A stretch of DNA of 64,000 bases, taken from positions 4,278,001-4,342,000 of the forward strand of contig CATNEN010000002.1 of the NCBI GenBank assembly GCA_950097015.1, written 5' to 3'. The translations under genes were made by a program, and so were the position numbers. Numbering within the stretch: position 1 is the first letter of the stretch; each line of letters opens with the position of its first letter. This document shows positions 11,519 to 24,400 of this stretch, piece after piece. The notes beneath the pieces were generated by a model. That model was not told the DNA's origin, did no database searches, and worked only from the letters and a program-made list of their open reading frames with translations. The DNA comes from Macrostomum hystrix. Taxonomy: Eukaryota; Animalia; Platyhelminthes.

Positions 11519-12387
11519 AAAGCAATAACAATAAAACTGCAGGTAAACTCGCAAACTGCGGTTCAGAGGCCGAGGACACTTCGGTGCCAGATGCAGGCAG
11601 ACGGGTTCCTTCAGCGATGACACGCGGCCTAACGGCAGCCAGTTTGGGGGATGTAACCAATTTTGGTTCATTCCCCACCCCTCAAACCAATGCTTGCCCA
11701 ACCCCATCCGTAGCCAATGCGTAACCAAACCGACAGTGCAGGGAAGGGTTGCTAGGGAGGGAGCAGAGCCAGATATTAGGTTTGGGCGATTTACCGTTGG
11801 GCAGAAACTTATTCCTGCCTTCGTCCCCGCACCAAAATTCGGCCCTTAAAGGGATCACCCAAAAGTAGGTATATACGGGGATTGGGGATTTAGAAAATAG
11901 TTTTTTTCAACAGCAGATCCCAGGTGCCATATATACACACAGATGCAATGGATTCTGCGATGTGCAAGTGGGGGGTGGTCAGCCCCATAGGACGGGGGCT
12001 GGAAACAGACAGACGGACGGACGGATGGATAAAGATAAAAGAAGACAGAACGCAAGCTGTATTGGCTGTTGCTTGTGATGAGGCAGTCTGTGAGATTATT
12101 AGTACGCTTATAGAGAAGAATAATTGTATGACTAACAACTTATTGATGATGCTGGCTCAGTACACTCAAGAAAAATTATGATTGAATGCAGCATTTTTCT
12201 CAGTCAGTAGTTTATCCTCTTGGAAATAGTCTTCCCTCACTAGAATGAATAAATAATAGGACGGATATTTAATTTCAAATGCTGTCAATTGCAGGCACAG
12301 GTCTGTGAGATTTTGCTTAGAAGCATAGCATGCGAACCTAACTCACAGGACATTGCTGTCCCAGTGCGGTGTAGGAACATTTATGAA

Positions 12388-13640
12388 AAATCTACCCCCA
12401 TTCCCACATCTACCCCCATTCCCTAATCTACCCCCATTCCCTCATCTACCCCCATTCCCTAATCTACCCCCATTCCCTCATCTACCCCCATTCCCTAATC
12501 TCCGTCCATTCCCTAATCTACCCCCATTCCCTAATCTACCCCCATTCCCTAATCTACCCCCATTCCCTAATCTACCCCCATTCCCTAATCTCCGTCCATT
12601 CCCTAATCTCCGTCCATTCCCTAATCTACCCTCCATTCCCTCATCTACCCCCATTCCCTCATCTACCCCCATTCCCTAATCTGCACTCCATTCCCTAATC
12701 TGCACTCCATTCCTTCATCTACCCTACATTACCTAATCTACCCTCCATTCCCTAATCTACCCCCCATTCCCTAATCTCCGTCCATTCCCTAATCTACCCC
12801 GCATTCCCTCATCTACCCCCATTCCCTAATCTACCCCCATTCCCTCATCTAGCCCAATTACCTAATCTACCCCCAATCCCTAATCTCCGTCCATTCCCTA
12901 ATCTACCCTCCATTCCCTAATCTCCATTCCCTGATCTGCCCTCTAATCCCTAATCTCCGTCCATTCCCTAATCTACCCCCATTCCCTAATCTACCCCCAT
13001 TCCCTAATCTACCCCCATTCCCTAATCTCCGTCCATTCCCTAATCTACCCTCCATTCCCTCATCTACCCCCATTCCCTCATCTACCCCCATTCCCTAATC
13101 TGCACTCCATTCCCTAATCTGCACTCCATTCCTTCATCTACCCTACATTACCTAATCTACCCTCCATTCCCTAATCTACCCCCCATTCCCTAATCTCCGT
13201 CCATTCCCTAATCTACCCCGCATTCCCTCATCTACCCCCATTCCCTAATCTACCCCCATTCCCTCATCTAGCCCAATTACCTAATCTACCCCCAATCCCT
13301 AATCTCCGTCCATTCCCTAATCTACCCTCCATTCCCTAATCTCCATTCCCTGATCTGCCCTCTAATCCCTAATCTACCCTCCATTCCCTAATCTACCTTC
13401 CATACCCTGATCTACTTTTCATACCCTGATCTACCTTCCATACCCTGATCTACTTTTCATACCCTGATCTACCTTATGCTGAACTAACTTCCATACCCTA
13501 ATGTAACTTCCATTCCCTAATTTAACTTCCATACCCTAATCTACGTTCCCAATCTACCGTACATTCCCTAATCTACGTCTCTCTATTTCCTAATCTCCCT
13601 GCAATCCCTAATCTATCCTCGATTCCTTAATCCCACATTC
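12388..13640. repeat. 18-bp minisatellite TTCCCTAATCTACCCCCA
   Basis: Tandem array with a roughly 420-bp internal duplication. Confidence 0.92.
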
Positions 13641-14334
13641 CTTCGCTAATCCCTAATCCCAGCAGAGTACAGACAATAACCAGGCCCAGATTTGCATTTA
13701 TTGGACAGCCGAACAAAAATAACAAGTTGCCCAGCGCCCGTCAGTTGGGGCTGGCAGATACTGTTGCTCGGTCGATCATTAGTTTTTTTTACGTCAAACT
13801 GGAAATTATCTGGACAAGCACTAATATTACTTATTATTGGTACATTATTAGCGTGCACTAAATCTGAAGTTCGAATAGGTATTTAGTTAATAATAAACTC
13901 GAACAAAAGACGCTGAGGCAACAAGAAAATGGTTTCTAAGCCCAAAGTGGCGGCTCTAGTCTGGTGTCTGTCTGTCGCTGCGCGACAGGATTTGCGGCAA
14001 GTAACAGACAAACTGACCAAAGCTAGTAAGGCCATGAATCACTGACACGCAAACACAAACAGTTGGAGCGGAAATCTACACAAACCAGATTTCGATGGGA
14101 ACCCAGATTCTAGTTTTTTATCAACCGAGAATGGTGCCGCGAAGTGGGTATTGCGCACAAATATGGTAAATCGAAACCTAAGATTATATTTCACAGCAGA
14201 TTTCAGTACTGTACTGTTTTCCATTGTATATTTATTTCTATCTAGCGCAGACAAGGATAAACTAATCCAACTGAACAATTGAGTGCACAGTAGGATTATT
14301 TAGTTTCCAGTGAGATTATCCTATGTACATTTTC

Positions 14335-15013
14335 CAAATCTACCCTCCATTGCCTAATCTACTCTCCATTGCCTAATCTGCCCTCCATTGCCTTATCTAC
14401 CCTCCATTGCCTTATCTACCCTCCATTGCCTTATCTGGCCTCCATTCCCTAATCTACCCTCCATTCCCTAATCTGCCTTCCATTCCCTAATCTGCCCTCC
14501 ATTCTCTAATCTGCCCTCCATTCTCTAATCTGCCCTCCATTGCCTAATCTGCCCTCCATTCTCTAATCTGCCCTCCATTCTCTAATCTGCCCTCCATTGC
14601 CTAATCTGCCCTCCATTGCCTAATCTGCCCTCCATTCCCTAATCTGCCCTCCATTCTCTAATCTGCCATCCATTCCCTAATCTACCCTCCATTCCCTAAT
14701 CTGCCCTCCATTCTCTAATCTACCCTCCATTGCCTAATCTACCCTCCATTGCCTTATCTACCCTCCATTGCCTTATCTACCCTTCATTGCCTTATCTACT
14801 ATCCATTGCCTTATCTGGCCTCCATTCCCTAATCTACCCTCCATTCCCTAATCTGCCGTCCATTCTCTAATCTGCCCTCCATTCCCTAATCTGCCCACCA
14901 TTCCCTAATCTGCCCTCCATTCCCTAATCTGCCCTCCATTCCCTAATCTGCCCTCCATTCTCTAATCTGCCCTCCATTCTCTAATCTGCCCTCCATTCTC
15001 TAATCTGCCCTCT
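14335..15013. repeat. 18-bp minisatellite CTAATCTGCCCTCCATTC
   Basis: Same family as 12388-13640. Confidence 0.92.
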
Positions 15014-15411
15014 AAAGTAGGATTATCCATTGTACAGAAGGATTATCCGGAAATTTAAGTTTAATCTTACGGGTAGTTGAGCATAGACAGTAGTTGTTCA
15101 GTTATAAAAAACAAATGAACAATTAGACACAATGAGTCAGTAATTTTTTTATGAAATTGAAAACAGTTCGATATAATGTCGGAATCAATAATATAAATTT
15201 TATATTTGTATAAAAAAGTTAATATTATGCTTAATAAAATAGCACCACAGTAAATAGACTTCATTATCAGATCACAGTCAAGCAGTGAGGAAATTATTTC
15301 AGAAATCAAACTGAATCACTGTTCAAAAGTGATTTATAGTAATCGTGTTAACTTAAAAATAAAAAAATCCTCAGAAAGACTGTTCCCAGTTGAGGATAAA
15401 CATCTGGAGGA

Positions 15412-17233
15412 TCACCAGGGAGCGCAGGGGTCAGGGCACTCTCGCCGATAGGCAACTAAAGTGGCGTCGTCAACTCGCATCAGCGCCGTGTAGACCGTCA
15501 GCTTGTTTAGCACAGGAATCGAACTCAGGACGTTGAACAGGCCGGCAAAACTGGCAGCCCCAGTCTGACCCTTCTTAGTCATGCAGGCATTGGCTGGACC
15601 GCGCCGATTATCGATCGGATTTGGCGATTTCCAATGATCGTAATTGGTCTGCAACACATACCAGGTGTGGTTGCTGACTGAAGCCCGCTCCCAGATGTCC
15701 GCAGGGCCGACGCGATCCCTGGTGATGACGCAGCCTTCCAGGCGTTTAACGCCGCCAAGAATGAAGTACACTGGAGCAACGAGTTTCCAATTAGCCAGGC
15801 TGGACTTGGCCTCCGAGTAGCTGGTGGCATTCTCCAAAACTGAGCGGGTGGCGATGCCGAGCCAGAACTGATCCCGGATGCCAAGCAGCCATTCGAGGAC
15901 GCCGGCGAAACTCTGCGGCTTGGCGCCCACCCTACTGTTGACCGTCAGGCTGAACTGGCCAGGCCGGAGTCCGGTCAGCACGCCGATGTAGCCGGCGAAA
16001 TGGCTGGACATGAACAACTGTGGCAGACGTGGGTGGAGAAGAGGATATTAGCGGAGTTTTTTTTAATTTCTTAGTGCCCTTAAGAACCAACCACGAAGGC
16101 ACAGTGAGAGTGTACACTGCCTGATGACAGTACACAGTGTACGGGTATCTGAGTGTGTGGATGGGTGTGGCGGTCCCCCCAGTCCATGGACTGAACAGCC
16201 GTACGCAGCCTTCAGATGCGCCGCGCAATAGCTGCGGCTGTAGGCTCAATAGAGCTGGTGTAATCAACTATTATTATTATATTATGGAGGGCTGAGGGCT
16301 ATCAATGGCACATCACTTGGTGACACCAGACCCGCAGCCAGCGAGGAGGCAATTCTGCTCATTTCGCTGACTCCTGAGCACACACGCACACAGATACTGT
16401 ACGCAGGCATACGCTCACACAGGTGTGTACATCTGCACTGACTTTCTCATTGTGAGTAAGTGTACACTCTCACTGTGCCTTGGAGGTTGGCCCTCAAGGG
16501 CGTAAATTGCACAAAGATTCTCCAAGTCTTCCTCTGCGGCTGCACCCCAAATATGGAATCTCTGATAATCTGATAATTTTTCTCTTTTCTTTCTCACCAG
16601 TTTTCCATCCCTATAGAACTCCACATTAACCAGCAGTGGTCGCAAATAGTCGGCAATGATCCAAGAACTATTGGTGACATTCCAGCCTAGGAACAGGCCG
16701 AAGTCCATATTCCTGGCGTGGTACAGTCGGCCTGCCGAGTCCTCGGCTAGAATAGACGTGCACAATGGAAACAGTTCGTAGAATACGTTGAACAGAGTGA
16801 CCTCGCCAAGGCTGAGATTGGACAGCGCCGACACTCCGGCCAGCTCGCTGCGAAACGGCTCCGGTAGGGTTTGTGCCAACGGCACCATCTCCTTGTCGAC
16901 TAGGTTCATCAGTGCATCGGAGCCAGTGAGGTTGAACAGGAACTGCCGGAACTGGCCCAGTAGGGCGCGCATGCCGGCGGCGCGAGATTCAACAACCGGC
17001 CGCCAGCGAGTAGCCGGCGAATCGTCAAGATTGACGCGAGCCACCGGCACTAGGCTGTCCGGCGATGGCGGAAACGCGTCGGACACGCACTGGGCCAGTG
17101 GAGGTTGCGGCTGCTGCAGAAAATAAAAATCATAACTGTCGCTAGAAGGATATTGGGACGAAGTCGCGACTGGCCAATGCGCACTAGCGACCAGAACTAG
17201 CAGCAGAAAGGAGGATAGCAAGCACTGACGCAT
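15412..17233 (-). CDS. ASAH1: Acid ceramidase (Ntn-hydrolase)
   Basis: Exons 16598-17233 and 15412-16017, phase 0, about 413 aa. Signal peptide; FNVFYELFPLCTSILAED...HARNMDFGLFLGWN with the nucleophile Cys; FAGYIGVLTG, GCVITR, VLQTNYDHW, C-terminal CPDPCAPW. Confidence 0.95.
16270..16552 (-). mobile_element. SINE copy lacking the tRNA head, in ASAH1 intron
   Basis: Body and tail of the same family, ending in ATAATATAATAATAATAG. Confidence 0.75.
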
Positions 17234-17340
17234 GGCCTTCTCGGCTTGTATAGGCTGCAATGTATTTGATAACTTCTACTATTAGTAGGCAGATATGCGC
17301 ATTTGATTAAAAATTTGTTTGCTAATTAGCCTAATATAAA

Positions 17341-17650
17341 AGGGGTTGAGTGGCTTGCGGTCTAACGCGTTTGCCTCTCACCAAGGCGCCTGAAGCTCGA
17401 TTCCGCGGCGAGGCCACATTCATTTGGGGCGCATCCGCGGAGAGAAGGCTTGGGGGCTTGTCGAGCAATTTACGCCCTTGAGGACAAACCTTCAAGGTAC
17501 AGTGAAAGTGTACACTGCCTGACGATGAGAAAGTACATTACCTATCGCATTACGGTATCTGTGCGCGTGTGTGCTCAGGAGTCAGCGAAATGGGCAGAAT
17601 TGCCTCCTGGCTGGCTGCGGGTCTGGTGTCACCAAATGATGTGCCATTTG
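17341..17650 (+). mobile_element. tRNA-derived SINE copy between U2SURP and ASAH1
   Basis: Head GGGGTTGAGTGGCTTGCGGTCTAACG, then GCTCGATTCC and the conserved body. Confidence 0.78.
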
Positions 17651-18413
17651 CCTACGGTCCTGCAGATAGGAAATTATTCCCATTAAGCAGCCACTCATTA
17701 TCCTTGTACCCTGTACCTAGGGGGCAATGATTCCACTTTGCCAAAAATCGAAAAAACTCAGAAAATGTTGAAAAGCTCATTGCGCTAGTCAAAGCACTCG
17801 AACAATAAATATTATATTTACAAAAAACCAAATTAATCCTGCGTAGAACAAATTCTATTACTGCAAGTAGCTAAGTGATCAATAAGGCAAAATAATATAG
17901 AACATTTTGTTTTCATTAACAAGACAGCACATTTATTATAACAAACAAACAAAGGAAAGCTAGACTTGTAGTTTTCAAGTTTCACTACTTATAGTACCCA
18001 AGATTGAAGATACACCGTTGAAACTATTCATTTTTATAAAGAAACACTAAAACTTTTTAGTTTGATGTTTTAGGAATTAAAGACAAATAATTATAACATT
18101 GCTAGACTAATGATAGCCAGACACTTGTCTTTTGATAAGAGGAAAGCAGAAAATATAACAGAGCAATAGGTAGAATCGGGATTTATTAGGGGGAAGTGGG
18201 AGAAAGATGGAGAAAGCGTGTGAAGGAGGCTAGAGGAAGAGTTGGGGAAGGGGCAGAGGAAGAGTGGGAGAAGGGGCAGAAGAGTGGGAGAAGGGGCAGA
18301 GGAAGAGTGGGAGAAGGGGTAGAGGAAGAGTTGAAGATAGTTAGAAGCAGTTCACATGTCAAGAATAACCGGCATTGCTGACAGACAAATCGATAAGTCA
18401 ATCAGTGAACGCA

Positions 18414-21400
18414 TCAATCGGATTCGCTGCTATTGCCATCGCTATCATAGCCAGTCACCAGGCTGCCAGAGCTGCCACCGGTTGGCACAGTGGCCCACTT
18501 GGACCGGGTGAAACTGGTCGCGGCTCCGCTGCCAGTTGCGGTTCTCGCCGAGGACGAAGCGGCCAACAACAGCGGCTGCCCGTCGACGTCCAACGGATCG
18601 CCGTCGTAGTCGGCGATGCCAGGCAGCAGCTGCAGCGGTTGGCCGTCCAAATCCGCCGACACAGTCGACTTGCCGTCTCTCCTGGCATCGGGCTCCAGGC
18701 TGGAGTCCGGGGCCGAAGCCGCGGACTCGTTAAACATAGCCGGGACAATGTCCGAGTCGGCAGCGGACGGCACCACCAGGCCCAAGAAAGCATTGTTGAG
18801 CCGCATGAGATAGTCGGCCTGGTAGAGCGCCCACTCGGACCAGGCCTTGATCACCGAGGACACCGGCTGGCGATGGCGTAGCGCCTGCAGGCTGCTGCCT
18901 AGGCGGGCGAACACTCGCGGCATTCGCGCCTGTTGGGATATTGTTGAGAAAGGGATTTTTTAGGCGAATGAAATGTTAAGAGATCTTAAAACCTCTACTG
19001 TCTAAGATCCAAAATCTCACCTCTACTATCAAAGATTCAAAATCTCACCTCTAGTATCAAAGATTCAAAATCTCACCTCTAGTACCAGAGTTTTAAAATC
19101 TCACCTCTACTGTCTGAGATTCAAAATCTCACCACTACTGTCTGAGATTTAAAATCTCACTTCTAATGTCTGAGATTCAAAATCTCACCACTACTGTCTG
19201 AGATTCAAAATCTCACCTCTACTGTCTGAGATTCAAAATCTCACCACTACTGTCTGAGATTCAAAATCTCACTTCTACTGTCTGAGATTCAAAATCTCAA
19301 CTCTACTATCAAAGATTCAAAATCTCACCTCTAGTACCAGAGTTTTAAAATCTCACCTCTACTGTCTGAGATTCAAAATCTCACCACTACTGTCTGAGAT
19401 TTAAAATCTCACTTCTAATGTCTGAGATTCAAAATCTCACCACTACTGTCTGAGATTCAAAATCTCACCTCTACTGTCTGAGATTCAAAATCTCACCACT
19501 ACTGTCTGAGATTCAAAATCTCACTTCTAATGTCTGAGATTCAAAATCTCACTTCTACTGTCTGAGATTCAAAATCTCAACTCTACTATCAAAGATTCAA
19601 AATCTCACCTCTAGTACCAGAGTTTTAAAATCTCAACTCTACTGTCTGAGATTCAAAATCTCACTTCTACTGTCTGAGATTCAAAATCTCACCACTACTG
19701 TCTGAGATTCAAAATCTCGACTCTACTGTCAAAGATTCAAAATCTCACCTCTAGTACCAGAGTTTTAAAATCTCACCTCTACTGTCTGAGATTCAAAATC
19801 TCACTTCTAATGTCCGAGATTCAAAATCTCACCTTTACTGTCTGAGATTCAAAATCTCACCTCTACTGACTGAGATTTAAAATCTCACTTCTTATGTCTG
19901 AGATTCAAAATCTCACCTCTACTGTCTGAGATTTAAAATCTCACTTCTAATGTCTGAGATTCAAAATCTCACCTCTACTATCAGAGATTCAAATTCTTCC
20001 AAAAAATGCAAATCGAAACTCATTTTAAAGTTTACTACTCTAAAACAGTCTCAAACTGTACTCAAGTCTCACCTGAAAGTGAGTCCTATAGAAGGCAGCG
20101 CAGGGCAGTTTAACAGCCGAATTGTGCAACAGATCCGAGGCCAAGAACAGTGCTGACAGCCGTCTCTCTGGTTCCACATCGGCCTCAGTGGCTGCTGCTG
20201 CCACCACAGAGTCGACGATTTCTAAAGCTGACTCTGCGTGCTCCAGACACCAGACCATGGCCTCGGCTATGCTCTGCCGCTTCGGTGTCAGGTTGGCTGG
20301 AAAATATCAGAGAGAAATCGATTTTTAAAGACCGACAAGTAGCTGGAATAACACCACGAAATCCGAGAAGTGAAATCTGGAAATTTAGAAAGAAGCCCTG
20401 AACAATCGGGTGTGAGACCTGAAGAATCAGGAATGAGACCTGAAGAATCGGGAATGAGACCTGAAGAATATTGTATGAGACCTGAAGAATCAGGAATGAG
20501 ACCTGAAGAATCGGGAATGAGACCTGAAGAATATTGTATGAGACCTGAAGAATCAGGAATGAGACCTGAAGAATCAGGAATGAGACCTGAAGAATATTGT
20601 ATGAGACCTGAAGAATCAGGAATGAGACCTGAAGAATCAGGAATGAGACCTGAAGAATCAGGAATGAGACCTGAAGAATCAGGAATGAGACCTGAAGAAT
20701 CAGGAATGAGACCTGAAGAATCAGGAATGAGACCTGAAGAATCGGGAATGAGACCTGAAGAATCAGGAATCAGACCTGAAGAATCAGGAATGAGACCTGA
20801 AGAATCAGGAATGAGACCTGAAGAATCAGGAATGAAACCTGAAGAATCAGGAATCAGACCTGAAGAATCAGGAATGAGACCTGAAGAATCAGGAATCAGA
20901 CCTGAAGAATCAGGAATGAGACCTGAAGAATCGTAACCATGTCAGTGAAAGCTACAATCGCAAGCGTCTCACCCAGCATCTTGCTCAGTAGAGCCTTATT
21001 ATTGTCAGACAAAGGTCGCTCTCCAGGATTGTACTTTTGCTTAACAGTGCTTTCTTCCTTGACTGCGTCCTCGGAGGCTCCGTCTGGCGAATTTCTACGC
21101 CGATTCCGATTAAAGGACGACCCAAAATTGTCGCCGCCGCCGCTGCTTCCAGGCGAGGGTGACCTTCGATTGGCGCCAACGTAGGGTGGCAGGCCGTTCT
21201 CGTCAATGAGCTCAGGCGGCATACCGGCGGTAAAGACGTTGATGGGCGGCGGCCGCCACCAGGAGCCGCCTTTGTACATTCGAAAGTCGCCCAGTCGCCA
21301 ATTGTGAGCCGTGTCGCCGTGCAGAATAGAGTACAGGCGCCAACGATAATAGACATGCTCGGGACTGTTGTAGTCCGTCAGGAAGCGAAATCTGGGATTC

Positions 21401-24400
21401 TCCGACTCGCGTTGAATCGCTAGCAGCTCCAACAATGGTCCCTCTCGAACAACGTGCTCAACCATGCGATTGATCGAGCTGAGCAGTACGCGATCAGCTG
21501 GCACTGTCACTTTTACAATGGCCTCCGATATGAGCTTCTCTTGCTCTGCCTCGCTTAGACTGCTCAAATCTATTGGGGTGCGCTCTGCGTGTTTTGAGAC
21601 AGGATTTTAGGATTTAGAAGGAATCGAAGCTAGTATTTAACAGGCTCGGAATCCAATAGAGATCACTAGAACCCTACCAGGAATCAAAGCTAGAAGCCTA
21701 CCTAGAATCGAAGCTAGAACCCTACCTGGAATCGAAGCTATAAGCCTAACGGAATCGAAGCTATAAACCTACCCGGAATCGAATCTAGAACCGAACCGGA
21801 ATCGAATCTAGAACCCAACCCGGAATCGAATCTAGAACCGAACCCGGAATCGAAGCTAGAACCCTACCTAGAATCGAAGCTAGAACCCTACCTAGAATCG
21901 AAGCTAGAACCCCTACCTAGAATCGAAGCTAGAACCCTACCTAGAATCGAAGCTAGAACCCTACCTAGAATCGAAGCTAGAACCCTACCTAGAATCGAAG
22001 CTTGAACCCTACTTGGAATCGAAGCTAGAACCCTACCTAGAATCGTAGCTTGAACCCTACTAGGAATCGAAGCTAGAACTCAACTTAAAATTGAAGCAAG
22101 AACCCAATACGATACTGGCCCATTCAGCAGGCAACTCACTAGCATTCCTCTGCTGAATAATATCGCCAGTCATCCAGTCTTTCGGCTGAGCATTGAATGG
22201 CAAGCCGGACACTGGCGGAGGATCAATCGAAGCCTGCAGCATCGGCGGCACGTAGATAGGATAGGTCGGTATCGGCACAGATTTGCCCCAACCAATCAGC
22301 ATCTGGTAGCCCATCAGATCGCGATCCCGCAGACGATCGACGGCCCGCTCGGAGTCTCGCCGACACATGTAGGCAACGAAGCCGCAGTTGCGCTTCTTGC
22401 TGCGCTCCATCTCAGTTCGGGGCCACATTATCTTCACGCTGGCTAGCGGCCCGAACCGGCCAAACAGGTCCATCAGATCGCGCTCAGTTATCTCCGGGTT
22501 CAGGTTGCCCAGAAACAGGTTAGTGGTGTCCTGGGGATAAACAATCCATAGGATAATTCACGATCGAAAATCAAGGTCACACATTTTCCTATGGGCTAAG
22601 AATCGAACTCTTGACCTCCTAGTAAGGAGATTGAGTCTCTAATGACACAATCTGAGTGAATTATGACCCAATATGACGGAAACATGACCCAATCAAACTA
22701 AACTATGACCGAATCAAACTAAACTATGACCGAATCAAACTAAACTATGACCGAATCAAACTAACTATGACCCAATCAAACTAAACTATGACCGAATCAA
22801 ACTAAACTATGACCCAATCAAACTAAACTATGACCCAATCAAACTAAACTATGACCCAATATGACGGAAACATGACCCAATCAAACTAAACTATGACACA
22901 ATCAAACTAAACTATGACCCAATATGACGGAAACATGACCCAATCAAACTAAACTATGACCCAATCAAACTAAACTATGACCCAATCTGACGGAACTAAA
23001 ATTCAAATTCAAAGAGTGAATTCTTCGCATTCGCAAGAAATTCAGCTATAAAAGTACACCGATTCCTTCAATTAGAAAATGTTTACCTTATCAGCTTCAA
23101 AATGAGAGGACCCGAAACCAATTTCGGAAGGGTCCAGGCTCAGCTCGGATCGAATGGGACTTGGCGGTCTCAATGGCGGCTGCTGCTGCTGCTGCGGATC
23201 AGGCTCAAATCGACTGCTAGACCGCCTCTCCGGCTGCTGCTCCTGCTGCATCATCTGCTTCCTCTGCTCCCGCTTTTCCTGCATGACTTTCAGCTCCTCC
23301 TTAAATAGCTCGAGGTTGGTCTTCCGTTTACCGGCGTCCTTGCGCTGCTGCCGAGAGGCCAGCGCGGCCGCCTTCTCAGACGCCGTCGAACTGGACGATG
23401 AAGAAGCGCCAATTGGAGGCAGATCTGAAGGCTGCGACGGTGGACTGTTTGATCTGCGAGTGGGCAGTGTTTTAAATGGTTACGCACTGACAACTAGTGC
23501 AATCCGAACATGCGTTGGTGAAAATTGAAATCCGAATTTTAGCGAAAATACTAGCACACTAAGCCCCCCTTTGGGGGGCACTACTGTTCAAACAAAAATA
23601 TTGTGTAATGCAGAAGGACAAAATAAACCTGAAAGCAAACAAAAATGAAAACTCATGTCGTCAGTATTAATTTCCCTGATTGCAAATATACACTCGTATG
23701 TGATTGCGATTCAACGAAAATTTGAATTCTCACTAAATACAAAAATAGTCTGTCTGAGACATTCAGTCTGTACACCAAGAGCCCCATCGGGGCAAAATTA
23801 CACAAGTAACTTACGTTTGATACAACTCAGCTTAATGCTACTTAAGTACATGTGAAAACTATCCCCTCAGCAGTAAAAAACCAGTGTCTCCCCAGCTGCA
23901 GAGAAGTAATTCCCCCCCCCCAGCAGCAAAGCGGTAATTCCCCCCAGCAGCAGAGCAGTAATTCCCACCCCAGCAGCAGAGCAGTAATTCCCCCCCCCAG
24001 CAGCAGAGCAGTAATTCCCCCCCCAGCAGCAGAGCAGTAATTCCCCCCCCAGCAGCAGAGCAGTAATTCCCCCCCCAGCAGCAGAGCAGTAATTCCCCCC
24101 CCCAGCAGCAAAGCAGTAATTCCCCCCAGCAGCAGAGCAGTAATTCCCCCCCCCCAGCAGCAGAGCAGTAATTCTCCCCCCCCAGCAGCAAAGCAGTAAT
24201 TCCCCCCAGCAGCAGAGCAGTAATTCCTCCCCAGCAGCAAAGCAGTAATTCCCCCCCCCAGCAGCAAAGCAGTAATTCTCCCCCAGCAGCAGAGCAGTAA
24301 TTCCCCCCCCCAGCAGCAAAGCAGTAATTCCCCCCAGCAGCAGAGCAGTAATTCCTCCCCAGCAGCAAAGCAGTAATTCCCCCCCCAGCAGCAAAGCAGT

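Noticed and set aside
11890-12138. Signal-peptide-like minus-strand ORF (MLVIQLFFSISVLII)
   Set aside because: No recognisable domain or splice support.
15932-16597. ORF extensions through the ASAH1 intron
   Set aside because: Read-through into SINE sequence; splicing 16598 to 16017 restores the conserved protein.
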